Source: Candidatus Woesebacteria bacterium RBG_13_46_13 (GTDB lineage Bacteria > Patescibacteriota > Microgenomatia > UBA8517). From it: a stretch of DNA of 64,000 nucleotides. This document shows positions 8,731 through 17,428 of the stretch, one piece after another. The notes under the pieces were generated by a model that was not told where the DNA came from, ran no database searches, and worked only from the letters and a program-made list of their open reading frames with translations. How positions within the stretch are numbered: position 1 is the stretch's first letter; each line of letters opens with the position of its first letter. Location of the stretch: positions 36,457 through 100,456 of the forward strand of contig MGFR01000002.1 of assembly GCA_001791995.1 (NCBI GenBank). Direction: 5' to 3'. The position numbers were made by a program, and so were the translations under genes.

Positions 8731-9249
8731 TTACTCACCGCCTTTCGATTTTAAGATATAAATAAGTTTTTGCATGTTTCCCTCAAGGGTTCCGACCAAT
8801 CCGTAAGAGGGGGAGAGAAGTACTCCCAAGACCTGTCCCAAAAGCACATCTCTGCTGGGAAGGGTGGATATTTTAAGCAGGCTTTCGCTGTCCTGGAAGG
8901 CACCGTCAATTACTCCGACCTTGAGCTTGGGAACCTCGTATTCCTTTGCAAAGGTTCCAAGTATCTGTACCGGAGCAATGGCATCATCTTCACCAACGAC
9001 CAAAGCCGTCTGGCCGGAAAGAATCTCATCCTGGAGAATTTCGGGACTGACCCTAGCGGCTTCCCCCGCGCGTTTTAACAAGGTGTTTTTAACAACCAGC
9101 ATCTTGGCACCCACCTCTTTGAGTCTTCTTTTTAATTCCTGCTGGCTTTTGACGGACAGACCCTGATAATTAATAAGCACCACGGATTTAGCCGTCTTTA
9201 GCTCCTGGGTCAGGTTTTCGACAAAGAATATTTTTTCTGCCTTTTTCAT
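8731..9249 (-). CDS. rplJ: 50S ribosomal protein L10
   Basis: MKKAEKIFFVENLTQELKTAKSVVLINYQGLSV...; canonical rplJ-rplL order. Confidence 0.9.
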   Translation of the reverse strand: MKKAEKIFFVENLTQELKTAKSVVLINYQGLSVKSQQELKRRLKEVGAKMLVVKNTLLKRAGEAARVSPEILQDEILSGQTALVVGEDDAIAPVQILGTFAKEYEVPKLKVGVIDGAFQDSESLLKISTLPSRDVLLGQVLGVLLSPSYGLVGTLEGNMQKLIYILKSKGGE

Positions 9250-9261
9250 TTTGTTTGCATT

Positions 9262-9283
9262 AAAAAAGCGCCTTCGAGGCGCC
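9262..9283 (-). terminator. Intrinsic terminator / attenuator hairpin about 13 nt upstream of the rplJ start
   Basis: On the minus strand: GGCGCC-TCGAA-GGCGC (5-6 bp GC stem, 5 nt loop), immediately followed by TTTTTT, then AATGCAAACAAA ATG (rplJ). Confidence 0.45.
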
Positions 9284-9369
9284 TATATACAAGATACTTA
9301 TATACGCTTTTGCCTCGGCACGAATTATGGTTCGACTTGGCGCACCACGTGCTGTCTTGGGACAGAGAT

Positions 9370-9397
9370 ATTATAAATTAAAGGGGATTATTGTCAA
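9370..9397 (-). promoter_or_regulatory. Near-consensus sigma70-type promoter (TTGACA-16 nt-TATAAT) upstream of the rplJ leader
   Basis: Minus strand: TTGACA (9392-9397), ATAATCCCCTTTAATT spacer, TATAAT (9370-9375). Confidence 0.35.
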
Positions 9398-10146
9398 CCG
9401 TTAGCTTTGCCTTCACCCCGCAGAATCCTTAAAAAGGGAATTCTGTCGTACCAGCGTCTTTTAATCTCCTGCCCTCGGCTAATGGATTGCTTGGCGGCAA
9501 CTTGTTCAAGGGCTGGTGCGGGGGTTGCTGGGGGCTGGGTTTTGGTCTCAACCACCTGCCCGATGCCTCTTTGGGCTACCTGTTCGCGGTAGTCGGGGGC
9601 CGGCCTAACCGGGCCTTGCCTAACGGCGGTTTCGACATATTTGGGGGCAAGTCTGGTTTGCTCTCTTTTTAACCAGGAAGGGGCTGTTGCGGGGGCCTCT
9701 GTCGAGGTGGCGGTTGTCGGAAAGGTTTCCGTTTGTGAAGGCGTCTCGGCAGGAGGGGTAACCGGAGCTGGCGTTCTCCTTACAAAGACAGAAGGCGCTT
9801 GGGCTTTGGCATCGATTTCTTTTTGAGTATCCATTATTGCATTAAATCTTCTAACCCCCTCGTCTCTTATTCCGCTTTTGGCCTTAACCGCTTCCGGGGT
9901 CGTTCCCTCCCAGTTGGCCATGCTTGCGGCTAGTCTGTTGCGATCGGTTAAGGGCTCGAGTTTGTTCTCGGCCGTTATGGTATCGGACCCTTTAGCTTCC
10001 TCTTCCTGTCCGCCGCTTTTGGTCTTAACTTTTCCCGGGGTCGTTCCCTCCCAGTTGGCCATGCTTGCGGCTAGTCTGTTGCGATCGGTTAAGGGCTCAC
10101 GTTGATCCTCGGCCATGAGTATTATTCTAACAGGGGCAAAAGGCAA
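9394..10146 (-). CDS. Hypothetical Pro/Thr/Ala-rich protein with an internal duplicated 21-residue motif, inserted between rplA and rplJ
   Basis: 250 aa ORF filling the whole rplA-rplJ gap. The motif EPLTDRNRLAASMANWEGTTP occurs twice and is encoded by two 64 bp identical DNA repeats. The start may be the internal Met (MAEDQREPL). Confidence 0.5.
   Translation of the reverse strand: MPFAPVRIILMAEDQREPLTDRNRLAASMANWEGTTPGKVKTKSGGQEEEAKGSDTITAENKLEPLTDRNRLAASMANWEGTTPEAVKAKSGIRDEGVRRFNAIMDTQKEIDAKAQAPSVFVRRTPAPVTPPAETPSQTETFPTTATSTEAPATAPSWLKREQTRLAPKYVETAVRQGPVRPAPDYREQVAQRGIGQVVETKTQPPATPAPALEQVAAKQSISRGQEIKRRWYDRIPFLRILRGEGKANG
9894..9957. repeat. 64 bp direct repeat, copy 1 (intragenic)
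   Basis: CCGGGGTCGTTCCCTCCCAGTTGGCCATGCTTGCGGCTAGTCTGTTGCGATCGGTTAAGGGCTC is identical to the copy at 10035-10098. Confidence 0.85.
10035..10098. repeat. 64 bp direct repeat, copy 2 (intragenic)
   Basis: Exact copy of 9894-9957, 141 bp away, in the same reading frame of the 9394-10146 ORF. Confidence 0.85.
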
Positions 10147-10160
10147 GATACAACTCGGGG

Positions 10161-10955
10161 TTAGATTTTAACCTTGACTGAAGGGCCCATACTGGCTTTG
10201 GTGTAGGCTTTAACTATCTGTTTGTCTTTACCGAGTGCAGTCAATACTGCCTCGGCATTTGCGATTAGTTCCTTGTCCGGTTGGCTGACCTTACCGAAGA
10301 CGGTATGGATTAAGGGTGCTTCTTTTTCGGTTTTAACTGTAATGGCGTTGGCGGAGAAGGCCTTGGCTTTTTTCGGATCGGAAATTAAAGTCCCGTTTTT
10401 GGGATTGGGCATGAGTCCTTTGGGACCCAAAATCCTGGCAAAAGGAACCAACTTCGGCATCATTTCGGCCGTTGCCAAGAGAATATCGAAATCAATCTTG
10501 CCTTCCTTGAGTTTGGCGACAGTTGCCTCGTCTGCGATTTCTATCTTCTTTTCCTTTCCGGCCGAGTGGGGGAATTTGACGTTGGCGCTCACCCCAACCT
10601 TTTTTAGAACCAGATGCAACTCGAGTGAGCCGTCAAACTTGGAATATGAAGTTTCTTTGGCCAAATTGATCGCTTCGGGGAGCGGATAAAGAGTTATGGG
10701 GTTTATCTTGGTTTTTGCCTCCTGATATTTTTTGCCCCTGACCTTGGGAGCATTGACTTTTTTTTCCTTAGCCCCCCCTTCGGTTCCTTCGGCAGTCGTG
10801 GTTTCCGTAGGTAATGGTTCGGCCTCAATGGTTTTAATTCTTTGTCCACCCTTTAGCCCCGCAATATGAATTTTCTCCGGTTTTGCCGACTGTTTTTTGT
10901 GCTCTTTCTTTTCTTCTACCCCTTCGCCGATGAATGCTGTTTTGGTTTTGCCCAT
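10161..10955 (-). CDS. rplA: 50S ribosomal protein L1 with a K/E-rich N-terminal extension of about 70 aa
   Basis: PITLYPLPEAINLAKETSYSKFDGSLELHLVL...GPKGLMPNPKNGT is conserved L1 core. Adjacent to rplK. Confidence 0.9.
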   Translation of the reverse strand: MGKTKTAFIGEGVEEKKEHKKQSAKPEKIHIAGLKGGQRIKTIEAEPLPTETTTAEGTEGGAKEKKVNAPKVRGKKYQEAKTKINPITLYPLPEAINLAKETSYSKFDGSLELHLVLKKVGVSANVKFPHSAGKEKKIEIADEATVAKLKEGKIDFDILLATAEMMPKLVPFARILGPKGLMPNPKNGTLISDPKKAKAFSANAITVKTEKEAPLIHTVFGKVSQPDKELIANAEAVLTALGKDKQIVKAYTKASMGPSVKVKI

Positions 10956-10956
10956 T

Positions 10957-11385
10957 TTATCCTTCTATTTTTATTCCCATGGAACGGGCTGTTCCGGCAA
11001 CGATTTTCTTGGCCGCCTCAACGTTGTCGGTATTCAAATCTTTCATTTTCTCCTGGGCGATTTTCCCCAGTTGGGCATCGGTTAAGGTTCCCGCGGTTTC
11101 TTTGGGGGTAACCCCCGAGCCTTTTTCGATTCCCAACTCTTTTTTAATCATGTCCGCAACCGGGGCCAGTTTGGTGATAAATTCGAAACTTCTGTCTTCA
11201 TAAATGGTAATTACCGCCGGGACAGTGTTGCCCTTCATGGCTGCGGTTGCCTCGTTATATTGTTTGACAAACTCCATGATGGCAACCCCGTGCTGTCCCA
11301 ATGCGGGCCCCAATGGGGGAGCGGGCGTAGCTTCCCCTGCGGGAAGGTTGACCTTGATTACGGTTTTAACTTTTTTGGCTGCCAT
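10957..11385 (-). CDS. rplK: 50S ribosomal protein L11
   Basis: [44 protein letters not shown]... has the canonical L11 N-terminus. Confidence 0.9.
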   Translation of the reverse strand: MAAKKVKTVIKVNLPAGEATPAPPLGPALGQHGVAIMEFVKQYNEATAAMKGNTVPAVITIYEDRSFEFITKLAPVADMIKKELGIEKGSGVTPKETAGTLTDAQLGKIAQEKMKDLNTDNVEAAKKIVAGTARSMGIKIEG

Positions 11386-11480
11386 TTAAATAAAAAATTA
11401 TTACGGGAGTCGCGAAGCGATTTGAAGCTTTCGACACCCGTAGTGTCTCCCTCGAGGTCCGAGGTAAGTGATATTTTAGG

Positions 11481-12095
11481 CTAGACTTTGGCTATTTGCA
11501 AGAAGTCCAGCTCAACCGGGGTTTCCCGGCCGAAAATCGAAACCAATACTTTTACCTTGCCTTTTTCTTCGTCAATCTCGTGAATGGTTCCCAAGAAGTC
11601 CGCGAACGGTCCGTCGGTAATTTTGATAGCCTCACCCACGGAGAACTTGGTTTTAAATCTCGGGGCCGGGGCCGAGATGAACTTTTGAATATTGGTAACT
11701 TCTTCATCCGAAAGGGGAGTCGGGGCATTTCCCGCTCCAACGAATCCTGTTATTCCCGGAGTTGTTCTTACTGCCAGCCAGGTGGGGTCATCCAAAATCA
11801 TCTTGACCAAAAGGTATCCCGGGAATATTTTTTCCTTGACGGTGGCTTTTCTGCCGCCTCTGATCACAACCCTATCCTGGGTGGCAACCAAGAGTTCGAA
11901 GATTTTTCCCTGGAGACTCATCGTTTCGACTCTTTGTCTTAAGGTTTCCGAAACCCTGGCCTCATGCCCGGAGGCGGTGTGAACCACATACCATCTGGCT
12001 TTGGGGTCGGTTGTTTCGGAAATGACGATATGGCCGGGAATTTTTTTCTTCCCGGTTCCGCGCTCATCGACTGCAACAGGAGTGTCTTTATCCAT
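11481..12095 (-). CDS. nusG: Transcription termination/antitermination factor NusG
   Basis: WYVVHTASGHEARVSETLRQR... is the NGN domain. The C-terminal KOW (GEAIKITDGPFADFLGTIHEIDEEKGKVKVLVSIFGRETPVELDFLQI) and the position between secE and rplK also fit. Confidence 0.9.
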   Translation of the reverse strand: MDKDTPVAVDERGTGKKKIPGHIVISETTDPKARWYVVHTASGHEARVSETLRQRVETMSLQGKIFELLVATQDRVVIRGGRKATVKEKIFPGYLLVKMILDDPTWLAVRTTPGITGFVGAGNAPTPLSDEEVTNIQKFISAPAPRFKTKFSVGEAIKITDGPFADFLGTIHEIDEEKGKVKVLVSIFGRETPVELDFLQIAKV

Positions 12096-12280
12096 TAACG
12101 ATTGAAAAGAAGACCCAGAGCCTTAGTAAAGATAAAATCGAGCCCTCCAAGATAAATTGCCACAATTAGCGAGATAGAAAAAACTACTAGCGTAAGTCTG
12201 ACTACCTCTTGCCGTTTTGGCCAAGTTACTTTGGAGAGTTCTCCTCTTACTTCGGAAAAAAACCCCAGAACCTTCTCCAC
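12095..12280 (-). CDS. secE: Preprotein translocase subunit SecE
   Basis: 61 aa with the SEVRGELSKVTWPKRQEV motif followed by a single TM helix. Immediately upstream of nusG. Confidence 0.8.
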   Translation of the reverse strand: MEKVLGFFSEVRGELSKVTWPKRQEVVRLTLVVFSISLIVAIYLGGLDFIFTKALGLLFNR

Positions 12281-12320
12281 GCTGAAAATTGTAACAAATT
12301 GATTTATAATTGTCTACTTT

Positions 12321-13571
12321 ATGAGAGACAAAGAGCGCAGTCGTCCTGGCGTCCCGGACATTCCCGGACTTCATAAAGGTAGGATTGAAGCCCAGAGGGA
12401 AGTATGGGCTTCTCGAAGAAGGGTGGGTTTCCCCGACAGGCGGGCGGACCTTTTCGTGATTGCCAAAGACGACGAATATTTTTTGGATTTGCCCTACTTG
12501 GCGATCCCCGGAAGGGATGACCTGCCGAGTCTATCCTCCTGGGTTCCCCGGGTGCAATCAATAACAGGAGCAATATTTACCACACGCTGGGTAGATGTTG
12601 CCCCGGACTCTTCTTTGGATGAGGTTCTTCCGCTGGGCGGCCGTTATCTTATTGAAGGCAAAATTTCCCCGAAAATCGCCAAGGCCGCCAAAATCTCGAG
12701 ACTTGTTCCACAGGAAATATTCGGGGGCTTGCCGGCAGCCATGAGACAGCAGGAAGAAATTGCCCACGACCTGGGGGTTAACAAGGGGGTGGAGCAAAGA
12801 AGAATCGAATCGGTTTTGGTAGGAATTCACGGTTTAACCGAGACGCTCTTGGAAGGAGACATTACCGAAATGACTCTGCAAAAAATGGCGAAAGAGACGG
12901 AAAAAATTCTGAGGCATGAGAACTTGTTAAAATCCAAAGATGCCATCTGGAGCAAGGTGGTGGATTACACGCTCCGCGCAGCCAAAAAGGATAGACTCAA
13001 TAGAACCAACCCGACGGCATCGCGGATTCTGGCCCGGGCTGCTTATCTGAGGGTTGTCGACTTGGAACTTTTGCTACGGGAGGCCCGACAAAAAGCAGTG
13101 AGAACTTTTGAGTATTTGGAAACGGTTAATGTTGCCTCCCGTCTGGCTTTTGAAGATGCACTCCAAGCTCTTGCAGAGGCTGAGAAAAGAATCGAAGCCT
13201 CTGGTGGTTATCTGGTAAACGGTACCCACACCCACCTGATGGCCAGAGAGTCGTGGGAGATAGAAGGAATAGTCCGCGGCGTAGCAGATAATGTTTTGGA
13301 GCCAATACAGGCAGCTCCTTACTTAGGGGTGGCTGCTTTGGCACGGGCGGTACTTACTGGAGTCAGGTATAAATCCCGGGAGGGTATCAGCCAGCTAAGA
13401 GAAGTTTTGCGCTATGTGGGTTTAGAGAAGGAGCTGGATAAAGCCTCGGTAGCGGATTATCTGATTCTGCGCTACGGAACCCCAGCCGTTCGCCGGCTGC
13501 ATCACGCCCAGACTCTGTTGGGGATGGCGCTGGCTGACCCAGACTACAAAGAGACAGCCGTTTTTAAATGA
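12321..13571 (+). CDS. Hypothetical protein (416 aa, largely alpha-helical, no recognisable family)
   Basis: Long ORF with good coding continuity. Stop overlaps the rnhB start (ATGA). Confidence 0.5.
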   Translation: MRDKERSRPGVPDIPGLHKGRIEAQREVWASRRRVGFPDRRADLFVIAKDDEYFLDLPYLAIPGRDDLPSLSSWVPRVQSITGAIFTTRWVDVAPDSSLDEVLPLGGRYLIEGKISPKIAKAAKISRLVPQEIFGGLPAAMRQQEEIAHDLGVNKGVEQRRIESVLVGIHGLTETLLEGDITEMTLQKMAKETEKILRHENLLKSKDAIWSKVVDYTLRAAKKDRLNRTNPTASRILARAAYLRVVDLELLLREARQKAVRTFEYLETVNVASRLAFEDALQALAEAEKRIEASGGYLVNGTHTHLMARESWEIEGIVRGVADNVLEPIQAAPYLGVAALARAVLTGVRYKSREGISQLREVLRYVGLEKELDKASVADYLILRYGTPAVRRLHHAQTLLGMALADPDYKETAVFK

Positions 13572-14269
13572 GGACTCCTTCGTTTAGATTCGAAAAGATA
13601 CTTTGGGAAAAAAGATACAAGTTCGTTGCGGGGGCCGACGAGGTTGGCAGGGGTAGTTTTGCCGGACCGATTGTAGCCGGTTGTGTAATCTTTCCGCAAA
13701 AATTATTAATTCCCAAAGAAATCCATATCAATGATTCCAAAAAGTTAAGCCCAAAAAGAAGAGAAATAGCCGAGATCTGGATAAAGGAGAACTGTTTGGG
13801 ATGGGGTATAGGGCAGGTGAACACTACTTTAATTAATCGAATCGGTATGGCTAAGGCCACAAGAATGGCGTTCAGGAAGGCGATATCCGCAGCCAGAAGC
13901 AAATCGGGTCAGCCCATCGATTATCTGCTCGTTGACGCCTTTTTCGTCCCTTACACCTCGGGTCTTCCAGTCAGACGCCGAAAGGATTCACGCGGACGCT
14001 TCAGGAAAAACCCGAGAGGCAGACAAAAGGCGATTGTTGACGGAGACGAAAAGAGCTTAACCATCGGGGCGGCCTCGATTATCGCCAAGGCATACCGTGA
14101 CAAATTAATGACCGGTCTGGGCCAAAAACCCAAGTTTAGAATATACGGATGGGGGAGAAATAAAGGCTACGGAACCAAAGAACACCAAGCCGCCATTCTT
14201 AAACACGGAATAACCCGCTATCACAGAAAAGCTTTTGTTAATAGTTTCTTTTCTTCTCGAGCTCGATGA
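13568..14269 (+). CDS. rnhB: Ribonuclease HII
   Basis: AGADEVGRGSFAGPIVAGCVI (the DEVGRG catalytic motif), GWGIGQV and DSKKLSPKRRE. Contains an unusual basic insertion RRRKDSRGRFRKNPRGRQ. Confidence 0.85.
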   Translation: MRTPSFRFEKILWEKRYKFVAGADEVGRGSFAGPIVAGCVIFPQKLLIPKEIHINDSKKLSPKRREIAEIWIKENCLGWGIGQVNTTLINRIGMAKATRMAFRKAISAARSKSGQPIDYLLVDAFFVPYTSGLPVRRRKDSRGRFRKNPRGRQKAIVDGDEKSLTIGAASIIAKAYRDKLMTGLGQKPKFRIYGWGRNKGYGTKEHQAAILKHGITRYHRKAFVNSFFSSRAR

Positions 14270-14432
14270 GGTACTTGATGCGGTATTTTTTCTCTTTGCG
14301 GCGCTCGGCTGGTTTTTTATAGCGTTCCCTGTCCCTCAACTCCAGCAAAATGCCCTCGTTAAGGACTTTTTTCCTGAAACGAGCAATCAAGCGATCTTCC
14401 GATTCGCCCTTTTTCTTTTTGACGACGAACAT
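14238..14432 (-). CDS. rpsU: 30S ribosomal protein S21
   Basis: MFVVKKKKGESEDRLIARFRKKVLNEGILLELRDRERYKKPAERRKEKK fits the S21 family. Convergently overlaps the 3' end of rnhB by about 30 nt. Confidence 0.8.
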   Translation of the reverse strand: MFVVKKKKGESEDRLIARFRKKVLNEGILLELRDRERYKKPAERRKEKKYRIKYLIELEKKRNY

Positions 14433-14540
14433 TGTTCGTAATCGCCCCCTTCCGGTATAGAGTAAGTTTACTCATACAAATCACCTGGCCTATTTTACCA
14501 GTTTTAGTCAATTAAGAAAACTGGTATCATATTCTCTGCC

Positions 14541-15545
14541 GTGGCAAAGAAAGCCTTAATAACGGGAATAACCGGCCAAGACGGAAGTTATCTGGCGGAA
14601 CTTCTACTAAAAAAAGGATACGAGGTCTCGGGTATTGTCAGAAAATCCAGCCACCTCCGCTACGCAAACATCGAGCTTATCCAGGAAAGTCTTAATTTAA
14701 TTCAGGCGGACCTGCTCGACCCAGTATCGCTAAGGGAGGCAATTCAAATTGTAAAACCGGACGAGATTTACAATTTGGCTTCCCAGTCCGTACCCAGGGA
14801 AAGCTTCAAACAACCTATTCACACCGCAGAAATTACGGGCCTTGGCGCTCATCGGGTACTGGACGCGGCTTGGGATATTGTTCCCAAAGCCAAATTCTAC
14901 CAGGCATCCTCGAGCGAAATGTTCGGTTGGGTAAAAGAAATTCCCCAAAATGAGGAAACTCCCTTTAATCCGGCTAACCCCTACGCCGCGGCGAAGCTGT
15001 ATGCCCACAATATTGCCAAAATCTACAGAGAGAGTTACAAAATGTTTATCTCCTGCGGCATACTTTTTAACCATGAATCCCCCAAAAGATGGCTGGGATT
15101 TGTGACCCAAAAAGTCGCTTACGCGGCGGCTTGCGCGAAGCTGGGAGTCAAAAACTCTCCTTACTTAAACGAGGAAGGGGAGCCCATCGTCAAGAATGGG
15201 AAAGTTGCGATGGGCAACCTGGACGCAAAACGGGATTGGGGCTATGCCGGCGATTTCGTCATAGCCATGTGGTTGATGTTGCAGCAGGATAAACCCGACG
15301 ATTTTGTCGTTGCCACCGGCGAGACCCATACCATCAAGGAGCTCTGCGAGAAAGCCTACGATTATGTCGGTCTTAACTGGAAGGATCATGTTGAGGTTGA
15401 CGAAAGATTCGTCAGACCTACCGAGACCGGACCCTTGGTGGGTGATTACGCCAAAGCCAAGAAGGTTTTGGGATGGGAACCCAAGGTCGGTTTTGAAAAG
15501 GTCATCGAGATGATGGTTGATGCCAACATCGCCCGCCTGAAGTAG
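14541..15545 (+). CDS. gmd: GDP-mannose 4,6-dehydratase
   Basis: KKALITGITGQDGSYLAELLLKKGYEV... with the SDR extended fold YAAAKLYAH and the conserved gmd C-terminal region. Confidence 0.9.
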   Translation: MAKKALITGITGQDGSYLAELLLKKGYEVSGIVRKSSHLRYANIELIQESLNLIQADLLDPVSLREAIQIVKPDEIYNLASQSVPRESFKQPIHTAEITGLGAHRVLDAAWDIVPKAKFYQASSSEMFGWVKEIPQNEETPFNPANPYAAAKLYAHNIAKIYRESYKMFISCGILFNHESPKRWLGFVTQKVAYAAACAKLGVKNSPYLNEEGEPIVKNGKVAMGNLDAKRDWGYAGDFVIAMWLMLQQDKPDDFVVATGETHTIKELCEKAYDYVGLNWKDHVEVDERFVRPTETGPLVGDYAKAKKVLGWEPKVGFEKVIEMMVDANIARLK

Positions 15546-15546
15546 A

Positions 15547-16173
15547 CTAGCTCCTTTTCGGATTTCTCGCAAATACAAGAACCTTGTTTCCGCTTGCTCC
15601 CAAATCCGCAGAATTCGGCCGAAAGGTATCCCGGATCGCGTTTGAGGCAATTGTTCGCTGGAAACCGTGCTCGTGCATCCAGCGAGCGGTTGTTTGCAGA
15701 GCCTCCCGAAGATACCCTTGGGCCTCGAAGGTGCGGTTGTCGAAGACCAGAAGAAAAAACTGGTATTTACTGGGATCCAGGAATTTTTCCAACTCGTCAT
15801 TGATTATATTTCCCTCGACCACGTCTTTGGGGTTGGGGGCAACGGAGATCAGGCAGTCGGGCTTAAATTCGGGTACCTCGGCGGCGAGATCGGAATACAC
15901 AAACATCCTTGCGTCTTTATGGACGGAAACCCCGGATTGAACACCAACTGTCTCTCCCGAGGCTGCGATTGCCGGGTCGGCTCCCACCCAGACATCGCCC
16001 TTTCCGAGCTTTACCGAAAGTCTGGGTTTTTCCCCACAGCCAATATCCAGGTAGCTTCTGGCTGGTTTTTCCACAAAAGCGGAGACAAACTCTTGCCGGG
16101 AGGGGTTGAGCCTCGCGGCCACATAGGGGGTTCTAAGCGTTTCGATTTGATTTCCTGCTTCCATAATGTACAA
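15547..16173 (-). CDS. Hypothetical protein, possible Rossmann-fold methyltransferase-like
   Basis: 208 aa. SYLDIGCGEKP resembles SAM-binding motif I. Otherwise unassigned. Confidence 0.4.
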   Translation of the reverse strand: MYIMEAGNQIETLRTPYVAARLNPSRQEFVSAFVEKPARSYLDIGCGEKPRLSVKLGKGDVWVGADPAIAASGETVGVQSGVSVHKDARMFVYSDLAAEVPEFKPDCLISVAPNPKDVVEGNIINDELEKFLDPSKYQFFLLVFDNRTFEAQGYLREALQTTARWMHEHGFQRTIASNAIRDTFRPNSADLGASGNKVLVFARNPKRS

Positions 16174-16714
16174 TATAGGACTAATTATGAGCCCTGAACG
16201 AACTAATTATAACGGAATTCCCACAGGAATTGTCATTGAGAAAGCAGAATCTCCCGAAAGGCAGAAGATCCTAGCGGAGATAGTTAAGTATGGGATGGGC
16301 TTTTCCCGGGGGAAAATTCAGGATGCAAGCTCGATTTCTCTTCAGGTAGCCGCACAGCGACCCGTCTTTCTGGATTATCTTTCCTATATAATCTTCGGCA
16401 GGATAGTCAGGCTTTCAACCCAATGCCCGGAAGAGAAAAAAGAGGTGTGTATATCGGTAAAGTTTGCCCATGAGCTTGGAGAGTATATTAACCTCCAAGT
16501 TACTAAGTCTCGGAAAAACGGATTAAAGAGTGTGGATTTTACCCAAGAGGAAGGAAGAGTCATTGTTCAAAAATCCTTCGAACACATTAATGCAGATGCC
16601 ATTTTTGCACAGCTTAGCGAGTCGGAAATGAGTTTGGTCAGAAGGTTCGGTTCGACGATTATTCCTGATAATCCAAAGGCAGAGCAAAGACCCAGCGAAT
16701 TCCGCCTCGAATAA
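16166..16714 (+). CDS. Hypothetical protein
   Basis: 182 aa ORF, no recognisable motifs. Confidence 0.4.
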   Translation: MYNIGLIMSPERTNYNGIPTGIVIEKAESPERQKILAEIVKYGMGFSRGKIQDASSISLQVAAQRPVFLDYLSYIIFGRIVRLSTQCPEEKKEVCISVKFAHELGEYINLQVTKSRKNGLKSVDFTQEEGRVIVQKSFEHINADAIFAQLSESEMSLVRRFGSTIIPDNPKAEQRPSEFRLE

Positions 16715-16721
16715 ACCTCCT

Positions 16722-17396
16722 TTAGTGAACGGGGATGACGTTTTGAGAGTAGGTGTTGTTTCCCTCGTTTGATTCATCGACCCCATTGTCTACATCGGCA
16801 ATTGCCCTGGTGGTATAGTTTGCCCATCCTCCATAAGTGTAGTTACAGAAAACCGTTCTGGCTCCATGGGCGGGGATACTGGCAACGTTTGCCCTGCAGG
16901 CATAGGTTGGTGCCGAAATTGTAGCCCACCATTCCCAGTAAAAGTCTCCGGAGGCAACATTACCCTGGTTGGAAATTATTACGGTTAAGGTAAAAGCTTC
17001 TCCCATAACCGGAGGGTGATTGAAAGAGTAGCTGGAGATATAAAGGTCGGCGCGGTTGTCCGGAGTCGGAGTGGGTGTCGAAGTTGGTGTGGGCGAGGCA
17101 GTTGCGGTAGGTTTCTTGGTAGGGGAAAGGGTTGTTGTTTCCGTAGGCGTTTCGGTTACGCTAATCTCTGCCCCCTCAACGGTTGGAGTCGGAGTTATGT
17201 TTTCGGTTGAAACAGGGGTCTTTTTGGATGAGCCGAGAAAGAAAGCTACTCCTGCGATAATTACCAATACCAGAACAACAATGATTACAATTAAGGTTTT
17301 ATTTGTCGGGCCGGGTTTTGGATTTTCTTGGGGAGCGGGAATTACCTGTTCATCCTCCATTGCCAGGATAATAGAATGGATACAAGCCGAAGTCAA
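16722..17396 (-). CDS. Membrane-anchored surface protein with Thr/Pro-rich linker and CARDB-like C-terminal domain
   Basis: N-terminal TM (LIVIIVVLVLVIIAGVAFFL), then TPTPTVEGAEISVTETPTETTTLSPTKKPTATASPTPTSTPTPTP linker. The C-terminal segment ...ISNQGNVASGDFY...VDESNEGNNTYSQ resembles CARDB domains. Confidence 0.5.
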   Translation of the reverse strand: MTSACIHSIILAMEDEQVIPAPQENPKPGPTNKTLIVIIVVLVLVIIAGVAFFLGSSKKTPVSTENITPTPTVEGAEISVTETPTETTTLSPTKKPTATASPTPTSTPTPTPDNRADLYISSYSFNHPPVMGEAFTLTVIISNQGNVASGDFYWEWWATISAPTYACRANVASIPAHGARTVFCNYTYGGWANYTTRAIADVDNGVDESNEGNNTYSQNVIPVH

Positions 17397-17428
17397 GAGA
17401 GTATATTTTGTGGTAATATCTACTTGGT

